Assembly: GCA_032718475.1 (NCBI GenBank)
Contig: JAUCBJ010006407.1
Span: 1-42,267, forward strand
Length of the DNA: 42,267 bases
DNA from: Nemertoderma westbladi
Lineage: Eukaryota > Animalia > Xenacoelomorpha
Direction: 5' to 3'
Both the position numbers and the translations under genes were made by a program. Below the pieces are notes generated by a model. It worked only from the letters and a program-made list of their open reading frames with translations. It did no database searches and was not told the origin of the DNA. Below are positions 1 through 12,500 of this stretch, one piece after another. Every line of letters begins with the position of its first letter. Positions within the stretch are counted from its first letter, which is position 1.

Positions 1-119
1 AAGGAGAAAATGCCCCCCCCCCCAGGGCATGATCTCCTTTATCGGAAAATTTCTCGGAAAAGTTGCCACGGGGGGCATATACTAGGGGGGGGGGGGGGCT
101 GATTTAACTGTTTCACCGG
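1..119. mobile_element. Possible terminal fragment of a GC-rich non-autonomous DNA element (MITE-like), cut by the window edge
   Basis: C-run and G-runs with GAAAAT/GGCAT motifs ending in ...TTTAACTGTTTCACCGG. The partner end is not in the window, so this rests on general resemblance only. Confidence 0.25.
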
Positions 120-397
120 TGTCCTAGGCGATTCCCCTCCCCCCCACACCCACCCACCCCGCGCGGAATGCCCCTCCCTATAGACTTACAATATATACTG
201 TAGTAATTATACTGTAGTAGGGCCTAGCGTTCCATACAGGGTAAATGCAGCGTTAGGTCATGTTCTTGTGTAGCATATATCTGACTGGCTTTCTATTCAA
301 TGATTCTACAATATTCCTAACTCTCGTTTGGGTTCCTTTCAATTCGCACATCTGTAACCTGCTCCTTTACTAACCTGCCCGGTTTTGGAGGCAGACT

Positions 398-501
398 GGA
401 CCTAATGCCACGGTCCCACGGACCCTAATGCTACCGGACCTAATGCCACAGACCTAAAGCTATCAGGACCTAAAGCGCCAGGACCTAACGCGCCATAACC
501 C
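398..501 (+). repeat. Degenerate short direct repeats of GGACCTAA(T/A/C)GC, about 6 copies; resembles a MITE subterminal repeat block
   Basis: GGACCTAATGCC, GGACCCTAATGC, GGACCTAATGCC, AGACCTAAAGC, GGACCTAAAGC and GGACCTAACGC at irregular spacing. Confidence 0.6.
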
Positions 502-1174
502 AGTACATCACTTTAACTTAGATTTATTGGTTTATTATTTTGGTTATAGGGTTAGTTGGTCAGACCCAAAATATAATTAAAACTGTCATGTGACCCTACG
601 TCATGAGGCTAATCTATGAAAGTTTATGGAATTTTCGATCACATTAATATGGTCAATTTCTTAATTACGACTACGTCGTTTATTACTGTAGATTAATTTG
701 TAATTACAATAGGCCTAGTGCAGTAGTGGATTTCTTTCTACTATCAGTGTTTCTCACAGAGACGGGTATATTTGAGTGATTTGTTGACTGTAACAGTAAT
801 AAGCAACAGTCTGACAGTCGAGTATAGCAGTTTTGCTAGTCCAAAAAATATAGGGCAGAAAAGTACTTACAGTATATAGGGCATAAAAGTATTAGAATAA
901 AATATAGGGTATTTGAGTAAAAAATATAAGGTAAAAAAAGTAAAAAATATAGTGCAAAAAAATATCTGCCATTAATAATTACAGAATTTGTTTGCTGGGG
1001 TTGGTACGACAAACATTAACTACTGTAAAAAGTATCCAAACTCTTCTCTGGAAAGTCTAAATTTCTCATCTATGGAAATTACAGCCTGTATTTATGGTCC
1101 CGGGCCATACCGCAAAGAAAGACGATATGGTATATAATACTACTGGACTTGGCTGCCAATTAAAAGTAACACAG

Positions 1175-1299
1175 CCAGGGTAATTTCATCCAGGGTAATT
1201 TCACTCAGGGCCCAGTACATTGCGCCCTTTACCAAGTAACCGACTAAGATTGACTAAGATCAACTAAGATTTACGACTGCGACCGATTAAGATTGACTA
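1175..1299 (+). repeat. Two small repeat blocks: CCAGGGTAATTTCA x2 and a 10-bp (N)GACTAAGAT unit x3 plus decayed copies
   Basis: Read directly at 1175-1203 and 1241-1299. Confidence 0.65.
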
Positions 1300-2019
1300 T
1301 AAATTTCCGTGATTGATATTTGAGTAGTTATTTGAACTATTCTTGTTGATATTATTACGACCATTTTGGCCGTAATAACAAAATTACAAAATCACTTTGT
1401 CTCAGAATGGATCCAAAGCGATTTTCTCATTTTGCCAAATCACGGTTTCTCTTTTTCCTCGAAAACGACGACAACAACAATTACTTCAATTATTAATCCA
1501 CCCCCCCCCCCCCCCCTAACAGTATGTCAGATTGCTAAGGCTCCATGTACAGTACTTCGTGGCTCGCTCCAAAAGCATATACTTCTTGTGTAATTTGTAA
1601 TACTTACAATAAATTCGGAGATTTCTATTTAGTCCGATCTATTTTCTTCAATAACTTTATAGCAATAAGGGTCTGCGCGTTAGGTAATTCGACTGCGTGC
1701 TCTTCTTCAAAGTATTTATGTATAATTATGCTGTAGGCCAACTCCATAGGCCTGCCAATGGTGAATATGGGTGGGTGGTAATGTTTATGATTGGTCACAT
1801 ACTTTTGGATGAAACAATACCCTTAGATCGTCATTGGTTGATTAGTTTACCTAACAATCGTTTTCTTTAGAAATTATTTCTCCACCAAAAACTTATTTAC
1901 TGAAATTTTATTTCCCGTAATCACTCATTAAGTCCGTTTTTTAACCTTTTTATCAGTTTTCGTTTCAAGATTTAGGTTCCACGGTACCGGTATGTCAACT
2001 GCTGTTCTCTTTATGCCTT

Positions 2020-2139
2020 CAGTACCGTTATCAGCAGTACCGTTATCAGCAGTACCGTTATCAGCAGTACCGTTATCAGCAGTACCGTTATCAGCAGTAC
2101 CGTTATCAGCAGTACCGTTATCAGCAGTACCGTTATCAG
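2020..2139 (+). repeat. Perfect 15-bp minisatellite (CAGTACCGTTATCAG) x8
   Basis: Eight identical tandem copies. Confidence 0.97.
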
Positions 2140-2460
2140 TTTATATATAGTACAGTATAGGTAAAGCATTTTCGGGCCAAGTTGTTCCTAAACATTATTA
2201 CGCACCTTAAAAATTTTCAAAACATTCATTTTATAATTTGGATTTTATTGCTTTATTGCGATAGTTCTCGGGTTGGCTGAACTAAATCACAAAGAAGAAC
2301 TTCCGTTCCAACTCTATAAAAATGGAACAATATGGCAAGTTTACTTCACCAAAATTATGTCCTTACAGTAATTGCCCTTAGTGCAGGGTGTCCCTGCACC
2401 AGAAATTTAAAATTTGCATATTTACTAAAAGTTTCCCAAATGTTAATTTTTTCGACTTTA

Positions 2461-2653
2461 AGGCCACGATACACCACAGGAACGGCCGCGGCGAGCGGCC
2501 ATTTTACGCGCCATCGTTTTATCGCGCGCAAAAACCTGCCTGAATTATATCGCGCGTAAAAACTATCGTAGTTTTAGCGCGCGCTGAAACCTCTCAACAC
2601 TGTTTTGCGCGTGCAAAAACATCCCAACGGAGTTTTTGCGCGCGCAAAACATC
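2461..2653. repeat. Array of ~28-bp units with palindromic TTTT-GCGCGC(GC)-AAAA cores, preceded by a possible PIF/Harbinger-like terminus
   Basis: At least five GCGC cores flanked by T/A runs. 2511-2653 is the reverse complement of 39518-39661. The upstream TTAA-GGCCACGATACAC resembles Harbinger-type MITE ends (inference). Confidence 0.75.
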
Positions 2654-2666
2654 TTACATCGACATC

Positions 2667-2728
2667 GACAAGCCGGCACAGCATTCTTAAAAATGCAGCT
2701 GCAATGCAGCATGCCGATTCTAGTAGTA
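2667..2728 (+). mobile_element. Extreme 3' end (~60 bp) of RTE family B with a TAGTAGTA tail
   Basis: 2667-2725 matches the reverse complement of 37144-37202 at 58/59 nt. Confidence 0.9.
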
Positions 2729-3565
2729 CTAGTACTTCAATTTTCCTTGACTTTTTGAATAAATTCCTCGACTATATTTATACAGAATAGATTATATTGG
2801 CCGCTTTATCATACTTTATTACATATCAAAAAAAGTTACATAGATATAATTAGCGATTCCTTCAATATAAAGAAATCGGTAAACTACCACAACAGAGAAA
2901 TGACTGACAAAGAAGCAAACAGAGAGTACACGTTCGTGGGGCCTTCGTGGGGTTCGCGGGCTCACTCACTTCGTGGCTCGCCCCACAGTACATATTATTT
3001 AGGGATGTGAGGTAATTTAATGGCGAACGAAGCGAGTAGAACATTTTTTAAACACATTTTCGCTTTATATCTCAAATTTATTTATCAAATTCCCTAAATT
3101 TCCCTGATTTGTGGTTTCCTGTATAAGAGAGAGATTATATAGTGTTACTACTGGAACCGAAGCTGTCTTATGCAGTTTAAAATCTATCCCCAAATAGATG
3201 GATTCTCGCCCTTAAATACTTATTTGAATATCGCTACTAACAACAGAGCAGCAACCGTCCTGTCTGCGTCTGTGGGCGCGGTTATTAGATGGGGTTTACC
3301 ATCGCGCGTGCGTGGGAAAGGCGGGGAAAATCGCGATGTTGCATTGTTTATGATTGAAAACAAAGGCGGTAACAGGGGAAGCTTCATTGCGGGAGGAAGC
3401 CCACAATCAGCGGATTAAAAGCCTATGGAGGGATGTGTTTTGGACTGTCATAATATTCTACTATCAAGTATTTTATGAATTGGAAGATAAAGGACATTAG
3501 ATCCAACCTTCCAAATAGACATTTATTGCTTACATCTCGCATATTTAGTAAGCAGATGTCAGTTT

Positions 3566-6500
3566 ACTGGGCCTGGAACTGGAAGCCAGAATGAGTTCCA
3601 CACTCACACAGGGCCTGGAACTGGAAGCCAGAATGAGTTTCACACTCACACAGGGCCTGGAACTGGAAGCCAGAATGAGTTTCACACTCACACTGGGCCA
3701 GGAACTGGATGCCAGAATGAGTTTCACACTCACACTGGGCCAGGAACTGGATGCCAGAATACGAGTTCCACACTCACACACGGCCTGGAACTGGATGCCA
3801 GAATGAGTTCCATACTCATACAGGGCCTGGAACTGGAAGCCAGAATGAGTTCCACACTCACACAGGGCCTGGAACTGGAAGCCAGAATGAGTTCCACACT
3901 CACACAGGGCCTGGAACTGGAAGCCAGAATGAGTTTCACACTCACACTGGGCCAGGAACTGGATGCCAGAATACGAGTTCCACACTCACACACGGCCTGG
4001 AACTGGATGCCAGAATGAGTTCCATACTCATACAGGGCCTGGAACTGGAAGCCAGAATAAAAGTTCCACACTCACAATGAGCCTGGAACTGGATGCCAGA
4101 ATACGAGTTGCACACTCACACAGGGCCTGGAACTGGGAGCCAGAAAGAGTTCCACACTAACACAGGGCCAGGAACTGGGAGCCAGAAAGAGTTTCACACT
4201 CACACTGGGCCAGGAACTGGATGCCAGAATACGAGTTCCACACTCACACACGGCCTGGAACTGGATGCCAGAATGAGTTCCATACTCATGCAGGGCCTGG
4301 AACTGGACGCCAGAATAAAAGTTCCACACTCACAATGAGCCTGGAACTGGATGCCAGAATACGAGTTGCACACTCACACAGGGCCTGGAACTGGGAGCCA
4401 GAAAGAGTTCCACACTAACACAGGGCCAGGAACTGGGAGCCAGAAAGAGTTTCACACTCACACTGGGCCAGGAACTGGATGCCAGAATACGAGTTGCACA
4501 CTCACACAGGGCCTGGAACTGGGAGCCAGAAAGAGTTCCACACTAACACAGGGTCAGGAACTGGGAGCCAGAAAGAGTTCCACACTAACACAGGGCCAGG
4601 AACAGGGAGCCAGAAAGAGTTCCACACTCACACAGGGCTAGGAACTGGATGCCAGAATACGAGTTCCACACTCACACAGGGCCTGGAACTGGATGCCAGA
4701 ATGAGTTCCACACTCACACTGGGCCTGGAACTGGATGCCAGAATACGAGTTCCACACTCACACAGGGCCTGGAACTGGAAGCCAGAATGAGTTCCACACT
4801 CACACTGGGCCAGGAACTGGATGCCAGAATACGAGTTCTACACTCACACACGGCCTCGAACTGGATGCCAGAATGAGTTCCAAACTCATACAGGGCCTGG
4901 AACTGGAAGCCAGAATAAGAGTTCCACACTCACACAGGGCCTGGAACTGGAAGCCAGAATGAGTTCCACACTCACACTGGGCCAGGAACTGGATGCCAGA
5001 ATACGAGTTCCACACTCACACAGGGTCAGGAACTGAATGCCACAATACGAGTTCCACACTCACACAGGGCCAGGAACTGGATGCCAGAATACGAGTTCCA
5101 CACTCACACAGGGTAGGAACTGAATGCCAGAATACGAGTTCCACACTCACACAGGGCCAGGAACTGGATGCCAGAATACGAGTTCCACACTCACACAGGG
5201 CCTGGAACTGGATGCCAGAATGAGTTCCACACTCACACTGGGCCTGGAACTGGATGCCAGAATACGAGTTCCACACTCACACAGGGCCTGGAACTGGAAG
5301 CCAGAATGAGTTCCACACTCACACTGGGCCAGGAACTGGATGCCAGAATACGAGTTCCACACTCACACACGGCCTGGAACTGGATGCCAGAATAAGTTCC
5401 ACACTCACACAGGGCCTGGAACTGGAAGCCAGAATACGAGTTCCACACTCACACTGAGCCTGGAACTGGATGCCAGAATACGAGTTCCACACTCACACAG
5501 GGCCTGGAACTGGAGGCCAGAATGAGTTCCACACTCACACGGGGCCTGGAACTGGATGCCAGAATGAGTCCCACACTCACACTAGGCCTGGAACTGGAAG
5601 CCAGATTACAAGTTCCACACTCACACAGGCAGGGCCTGGTACTGGAAACCAGAATACGAGTTCCACACTCACACTGGGACTGGAACTGGATGCCAGAATA
5701 CGAGTTCCACACTAACACATGGCCTCGAACTAGAAGCCAGAATGAGTTCCACACTCACTCTGGACAAGGGACTGGATGCCAGAATGAGTTCCACACTCAC
5801 ACTGGGCCTGGAACTGGATGCCAGAATACGAGTTCCACACTCACACAGGGCCTGGAACTGGAAGCCAGAATGAGTTCCACACTCACACTGGGCCAGGAAC
5901 TGGATGCCAGAATACGAGTTCCACACTCACACACGACCTGAAACTGGATGCCAGAATGAGTTCCACACTCACACTGGGCCAGGAACTGGATGCCAGAATA
6001 CGAGTTCCACACTCACACTGGGACTGGAACTGGATGCCAGAATACGAGTTCCACACTCACACACGGCCTGGAACTGGATGCCAGAATGAGTTCCACACTC
6101 ACACAGGGCCTGGAACTGGAAGCCAGAATACGAGTTCCACACTCACACTGAGCCAGGAACTGGATGCCAGAATACGAGTTCCACACTCACACAGGGCCTG
6201 GAACTGGAAGCCAGAATGAGTTCAACACTCACACGGGACCTGGAACTGGATGCCAGAATGAATTCCACACAAACACTAGGCCTGGAAAGGGAAGCCAGAA
6301 TACGAGTTCCACACTCACACTGGGCCAGGAACTGGAAGCCAGATTGCAAGTTCCACACTCACACAGGGCCTGGAACTGGATGCCAGAATACGAGTTCCAC
6401 ACTCACACAGGGCCTGTAAGTGGAAACCAGAATACGAGTTCCACACTCACAATGAGCCTGGAACTGGATGCCAGAATAGAGGGTTCCACACTCACACAGG

Positions 6501-9500
6501 GCCTGGAACTGGGAGCCAGAAAGAGTTCCACACTCACACAGGGCCAGGAACTGGGAGCCAGAATGAGTTCCACACTCACACATGGCCAGGAACTGGGTGC
6601 CAGAATGAGTTCCACACTCACATGGGGCCTGGAACTGGATGCCAGAATGAGTTCCACACTCACACTGGGCCTGGAACTGGATGCCAGAATACGAGTTCCA
6701 CACTCACACTGGGCCTGGAAGAAACCAGAATACGAGTTCCACACTCACACTGGGCCTGGAACTGGAAGCCAGAATACGAGTTCCACACTCACACTGGGCC
6801 TGGAAGAAACCAGAATACGAGTTCCACACTCACACTGGGCCTGAAACTGGAAACCAGAATACGAGTTCGACACTCACACTGGGCCTGAAACTGGAAACCA
6901 GAATACGAGTTCCACACTCACACTGGGCCTGGAACTGGAAACCAGAATACGAGTTCCACACTCACACTGGGCCTGAAACTGGAAACCAGAATACGAGTTC
7001 GACACTCACACTGGGCCTGAAACTGGAAACCAGAATACGAGTTCCACACTCACACTGGGCCTGAAACTGGAAACCAGAATACGAGTTCCACACTCACACT
7101 GGGCCTGGAACTGGAAACCAGAATACGAGTTCCACACTCACACTGGGCCTGGAACTGGGAGCCAGAATGAGTTCCACACTCACACTGGGCCAGGAACTGG
7201 ATGCCAGAATGAGTTCCACACTCACACTGGGCCAGGAACTGGATGCCAGAATACGAGTTCTACACTCACACACGGCCTCGAACTGGATGCCAGAATGAGT
7301 TCCACACTCACACTGGGCCAGGAACTGGATGCCAGAATACGAGTTCTACACTCACACACGGCCTCGAACTGGATGCCAGAATGAGTTCCACACTCACACT
7401 GGGCCTGGAAGCCAGAATGAGTTCCACACTCACACTGGGCCAGGAACTGGATGCCAGAATACGAGTTCTACACTCACACACGGCCTCGAACTGGATGCCA
7501 GAATGAGTTCCACACTCACACTGGACCAGGAACTGGAAGCCAGAATACGAGTTCCACACTCACACTGGGCCTGGAACTGGATGCCAGAATACGAGTTCCA
7601 CACTCACACACGGCCTGGAACTGGATGCGAGAATGAGTTCCACACTCAAACTGGACCAGGAACTGGAAGCCAGAATACGAGTTCCACACTCACACACGGC
7701 CTCGAACTGGATGCCAGAATGAGTTCCACACTCACACTGGACCAGGAACTGGAAGCCAGAATACGAGTTCCACACTCACACACGGCCTCGAACTGGATGC
7801 CAGAATGAGTTCCACACTCACACTGGGCCTGGAACTGGATGCCAGAATGAGTTCCACACTCACACTGGGCCTGGAACTGGAAACCAGAATGAGTTCCACA
7901 CTCACACTGGACCAGGAACTGGAAGCCAGAATACGAGTTCCACACTCACACACGGCCTGGAACTGGATGCCAGAATGAGTTCCACACTCACACTGGGCCT
8001 GGAACTGGAAACCAGAATGAGTTCCACACTCACACTGGACCAGGAACTGGAAGCCAGAATACGAGTTCCACACTCACACAGGGCCTGGAACTGGATGCCA
8101 GAATGAGTTCCACACTCACACTGGGCCTGGAACTGGGAGCCAGAATGAGTTCCACACTCACACTGGACCAGGAACTGGAAGCCAGAATACGAGTTCCACA
8201 CTCACACAGGGCCTGGAACTGGAAGCCAGAATACGAGTTCCACACTCACACTGGGCCTGGAAGAAGCCAGAATACGAGTTCCACACTCACACACGGCCTG
8301 GAACTGGATGCGAGAATGAGTTCCACACTCAAACTGGACCAGGAACTGGAAACCAGAATGAGTTCCACACTCACACTGGACCAGGAACTGGAAGCCAGAA
8401 TACGAGTTCCACACTCACACAGGGCCTGGAACTGGATGCCAGAATGAGTTCCACACTCACACTGGGCCTGGAACTGGGAGCCAGAATGAGTTCCACACTC
8501 ACACTGGACCAGGAACTGGAAGCCAGAATACGAGTTCCACACTCACACAGGGCCTGGAACTGGAAGCCAGAATACGAGTTCCACACTCACACTGGGCCTG
8601 GAAGAAGCCAGAATACGAGTTCCACACTCACACACGGCCTGGAACTGGATGCCAGAATGAGTTCCACACTCACACTGGGCCAGGAACTGGAAGCCAGAAT
8701 ACGAGTTCCACACTCACACAGGGCCTGGAACTGGAAGCCAGAATACGAGTTCCACACTCACACAGGGCCTGGAACTGGAAGCCAGAATACGAGTTCCACA
8801 CTCACACAGGGCCTGGAACTGGAAGCCAGAATACGAGTTCCACACTCACACTGGGCCTGGAAGAAGCCAGAATACGAGTTCCACACTCACACACGGCCTG
8901 GAACTGGATGCCAGAATGAGTTCCACACTCACACTGGGCCTGGAACTGGGAGCCAGAATGAGTTCCACACTCACACTGGACCAGGAACTGGAAGCCAGAA
9001 TACGAGTTCCACACTCACACAGGGCCTGGAACTGGAAGCCAGAATACGAGTTCCACACTCACACTGGGCCTGGAAGAAGCCAGAATACGAGTTCCACACT
9101 CAAACTGGACCAGGAACTGGAAGCCAGAATACGAGTTCCACACTCACACAGGGCCTGGAACTGGAAGCCAGAATACGAGTTCCACACTCACACACGGCCT
9201 GGAACTGGATGCGAGAATGAGTTCCACACTCACACTGGGCCTGGAACTGGAAACCAGAATGAGTTCCACACTCACACTGGACCAGGAACTGGAAGCCAGA
9301 ATGAGTTCCACACTCACACTGGGCCTGGAACTGGGAGCCAGAATGAGTTCCACACTCACACTGGACCAGGAACTGGAAGCCAGAATACGAGTTCCACACT
9401 CACACAGGGCCTGGAACTGGAAGCCAGAATACGAGTTCCACACTCACACAGGGCCTGGAACTGGAAGCCAGAATACGAGTTCCACACTCACACTGGGCCT

Positions 9501-12500
9501 GGAAGAAGCCAGAATACGAGTTCCACACTCACACACGGCCTGGAACTGGAAGCCAGAATGAGTTCCACACTCACACTGGGCCTGGAACTGGGAGCCAGAA
9601 TGAGTTCCACACTCACACTGGACCAGGAACTGGAAGCCAGAATACGAGTTCCACACTCACACAGGGCCTGGAACTGGAAGCCAGAATACGAGTTCCACAC
9701 TCACACTGGGCCTGGAAGAAGCCAGAATACGAGTTCCACACTCACACACGGCCTGGAACTGGATGCGAGAATGAGTTCCACACTCACACACGGCCTGGAA
9801 CTGGAAGCCAGAATGAGTTCCACACTCACACTGGGCCTGGAACTGGGAGCCAGAATGAGTTCCACACTCACACTGGACCAGGAACTGGAAGCCAGAATAC
9901 GAGTTCCACACTCACACAGGGCCTGGAACTGGAAGCCAGAATACGAGTTCCACACTCACACTGGGCCTGGAAGAAGCCAGAATACGAGTTCCACACTCAC
10001 ACACGGCCTGGAACTGGAAGCCAGAATGAGTTCCACACTCACACTGGGCCTGGAACTGGGAGCCAGAATGAGTTCCACACTCACACTGGACCAGGAACTG
10101 GAAGCCAGAATACGAGTTCCACACTCACACAGGGCCTGGAACTGGAAGCCAGAATACGAGTTCCACACTCACACTGGGCCTGGAAGAAGCCAGAATACGA
10201 GTTCCACACTCACACACGGCCTGGAACTGGATGCGAGAATGAGTTCCACACTCACACTGGGCCTGGAACTGGATGCCAGAATACGAGTTCCACACTCACA
10301 CAGGGCCTGGAACTGGGAGCCAGAATGAGTTCCACACTCACACTGGACCAGGAACTGGAAGCCAGAATGAGTTTCACACTCAAACTGGACCAGGAACTGG
10401 AAGCCAGAATGAGTTCCACACTCACACTGGACCAGGAACTGGAAGCCAGAATACGAGTTCCACACTCACACACGGCCTCGAACTGGAAGCCAGAATGAGT
10501 TCCACACTCACACTGGGCCTGGAACTGGGAGCCAGAATGTGTTCCACACTCACACTGGGCCTGGAACTGGAAGCCAGAATGAGTTCCACACTCAAACTGG
10601 ACCAGGAACTGGAAGCCAGAATGAGTTTCACACTCAAACTGGACCAGGAACTGGAAGCCAGAATGAGTTCCACACTCACACTGGACCAGGAACTGGAAGC
10701 CAGAATACGAGTTCCACACTCACACACGGCCTCGAACTGGAAGCCAGAATGAGTTCCACACTCACACACGGCCTGGAACTGGGAGCCAGAATGAGTTCCA
10801 CACTCACACTGGACCAGGAACTGGAAGCCAGAATGAGTTCCACACTCACACTGGGCCTGGAACTGGGAGCCAGAATGAGTTCCACACTCACACTGGACCA
10901 GGAACTGGAAGCCAGAATACGAGTTCCACACTCACACAGGGCCTGGAACTGGAAGCCAGAATACGAGTTCCACACTCACACAGGGCCTGGAACTGGAAGC
11001 CAGAATACGAGTTCCACACTCACACTGGGCCTGGAAGAAGCCAGAATACGAGTTCCACACTCACACACGGCCTGGAACTGGAAGCCAGAATGAGTTCCAC
11101 ACTCACACTGGGCCTGGAACTGGGAGCCAGAATGAGTTCCACACTCACACTGGACCAGGAACTGGAAGCCAGAATACGAGTTCCACACTCACACAGGGCC
11201 TGGAACTGGAAGCCAGAATACGAGTTCCACACTCACACTGGGCCTGGAAGAAGCCAGAATACGAGTTCCACACTCACACACGGCCTGGAACTGGATGCCA
11301 GAATGAGTTCCACACTCACACTGGGCCAGGAACTGGAAGCCAGAATACGAGTTCCACACTCACACAGGGCCTGGAACTGGAAGCCAGAATACGAGTTCCA
11401 CACTCACACAGGGCCTGGAACTGGAAGCCAGAATACGAGTTCCACACTCACACAGGGCCTGGAACTGGAAGCCAGAATACGAGTTCCACACTCACACTGG
11501 GCCTGGAAGAAGCCAGAATACGAGTTCCACACTCACACACGGCCTGGAACTGGATGCCAGAATGAGTTCCACACTCACACTGGGCCTGGAACTGGGAGCC
11601 AGAATGAGTTCCACACTCACACTGGACCAGGAACTGGAAGCCAGAATACGAGTTCCACACTCACACAGGGCCTGGAACTGGAAGCCAGAATACGAGTTCC
11701 ACACTCACACTGGGCCTGGAAGAAGCCAGAATACGAGTTCCACACTCAAACTGGACCAGGAACTGGAAGCCAGAATACGAGTTCCACACTCACACAGGGC
11801 CTGGAACTGGAAGCCAGAATACGAGTTCCACACTCACACACGGCCTGGAACTGGATGCGAGAATGAGTTCCACACTCACACTGGGCCTGGAACTGGAAAC
11901 CAGAATGAGTTCCACACTCACACTGGACCAGGAACTGGAAGCCAGAATGAGTTCCACACTCACACTGGGCCTGGAACTGGGAGCCAGAATGAGTTCCACA
12001 CTCACACTGGACCAGGAACTGGAAGCCAGAATACGAGTTCCACACTCACACAGGGCCTGGAACTGGAAGCCAGAATACGAGTTCCACACTCACACAGGGC
12101 CTGGAACTGGAAGCCAGAATACGAGTTCCACACTCACACTGGGCCTGGAAGAAGCCAGAATACGAGTTCCACACTCACACACGGCCTGGAACTGGAAGCC
12201 AGAATGAGTTCCACACTCACACTGGGCCTGGAACTGGGAGCCAGAATGAGTTCCACACTCACACTGGACCAGGAACTGGAAGCCAGAATACGAGTTCCAC
12301 ACTCACACAGGGCCTGGAACTGGAAGCCAGAATACGAGTTCCACACTCACACTGGGCCTGGAAGAAGCCAGAATACGAGTTCCACACTCACACACGGCCT
12401 GGAACTGGATGCGAGAATGAGTTCCACACTCACACACGGCCTGGAACTGGAAGCCAGAATGAGTTCCACACTCACACTGGGCCTGGAACTGGGAGCCAGA

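Noticed and set aside
1366-3418. Short ORFs in the left flank, and likewise at 39921-41822
   Set aside because: No recognisable domains, and several overlap repeat fragments. Small host exons cannot be excluded without transcript data.
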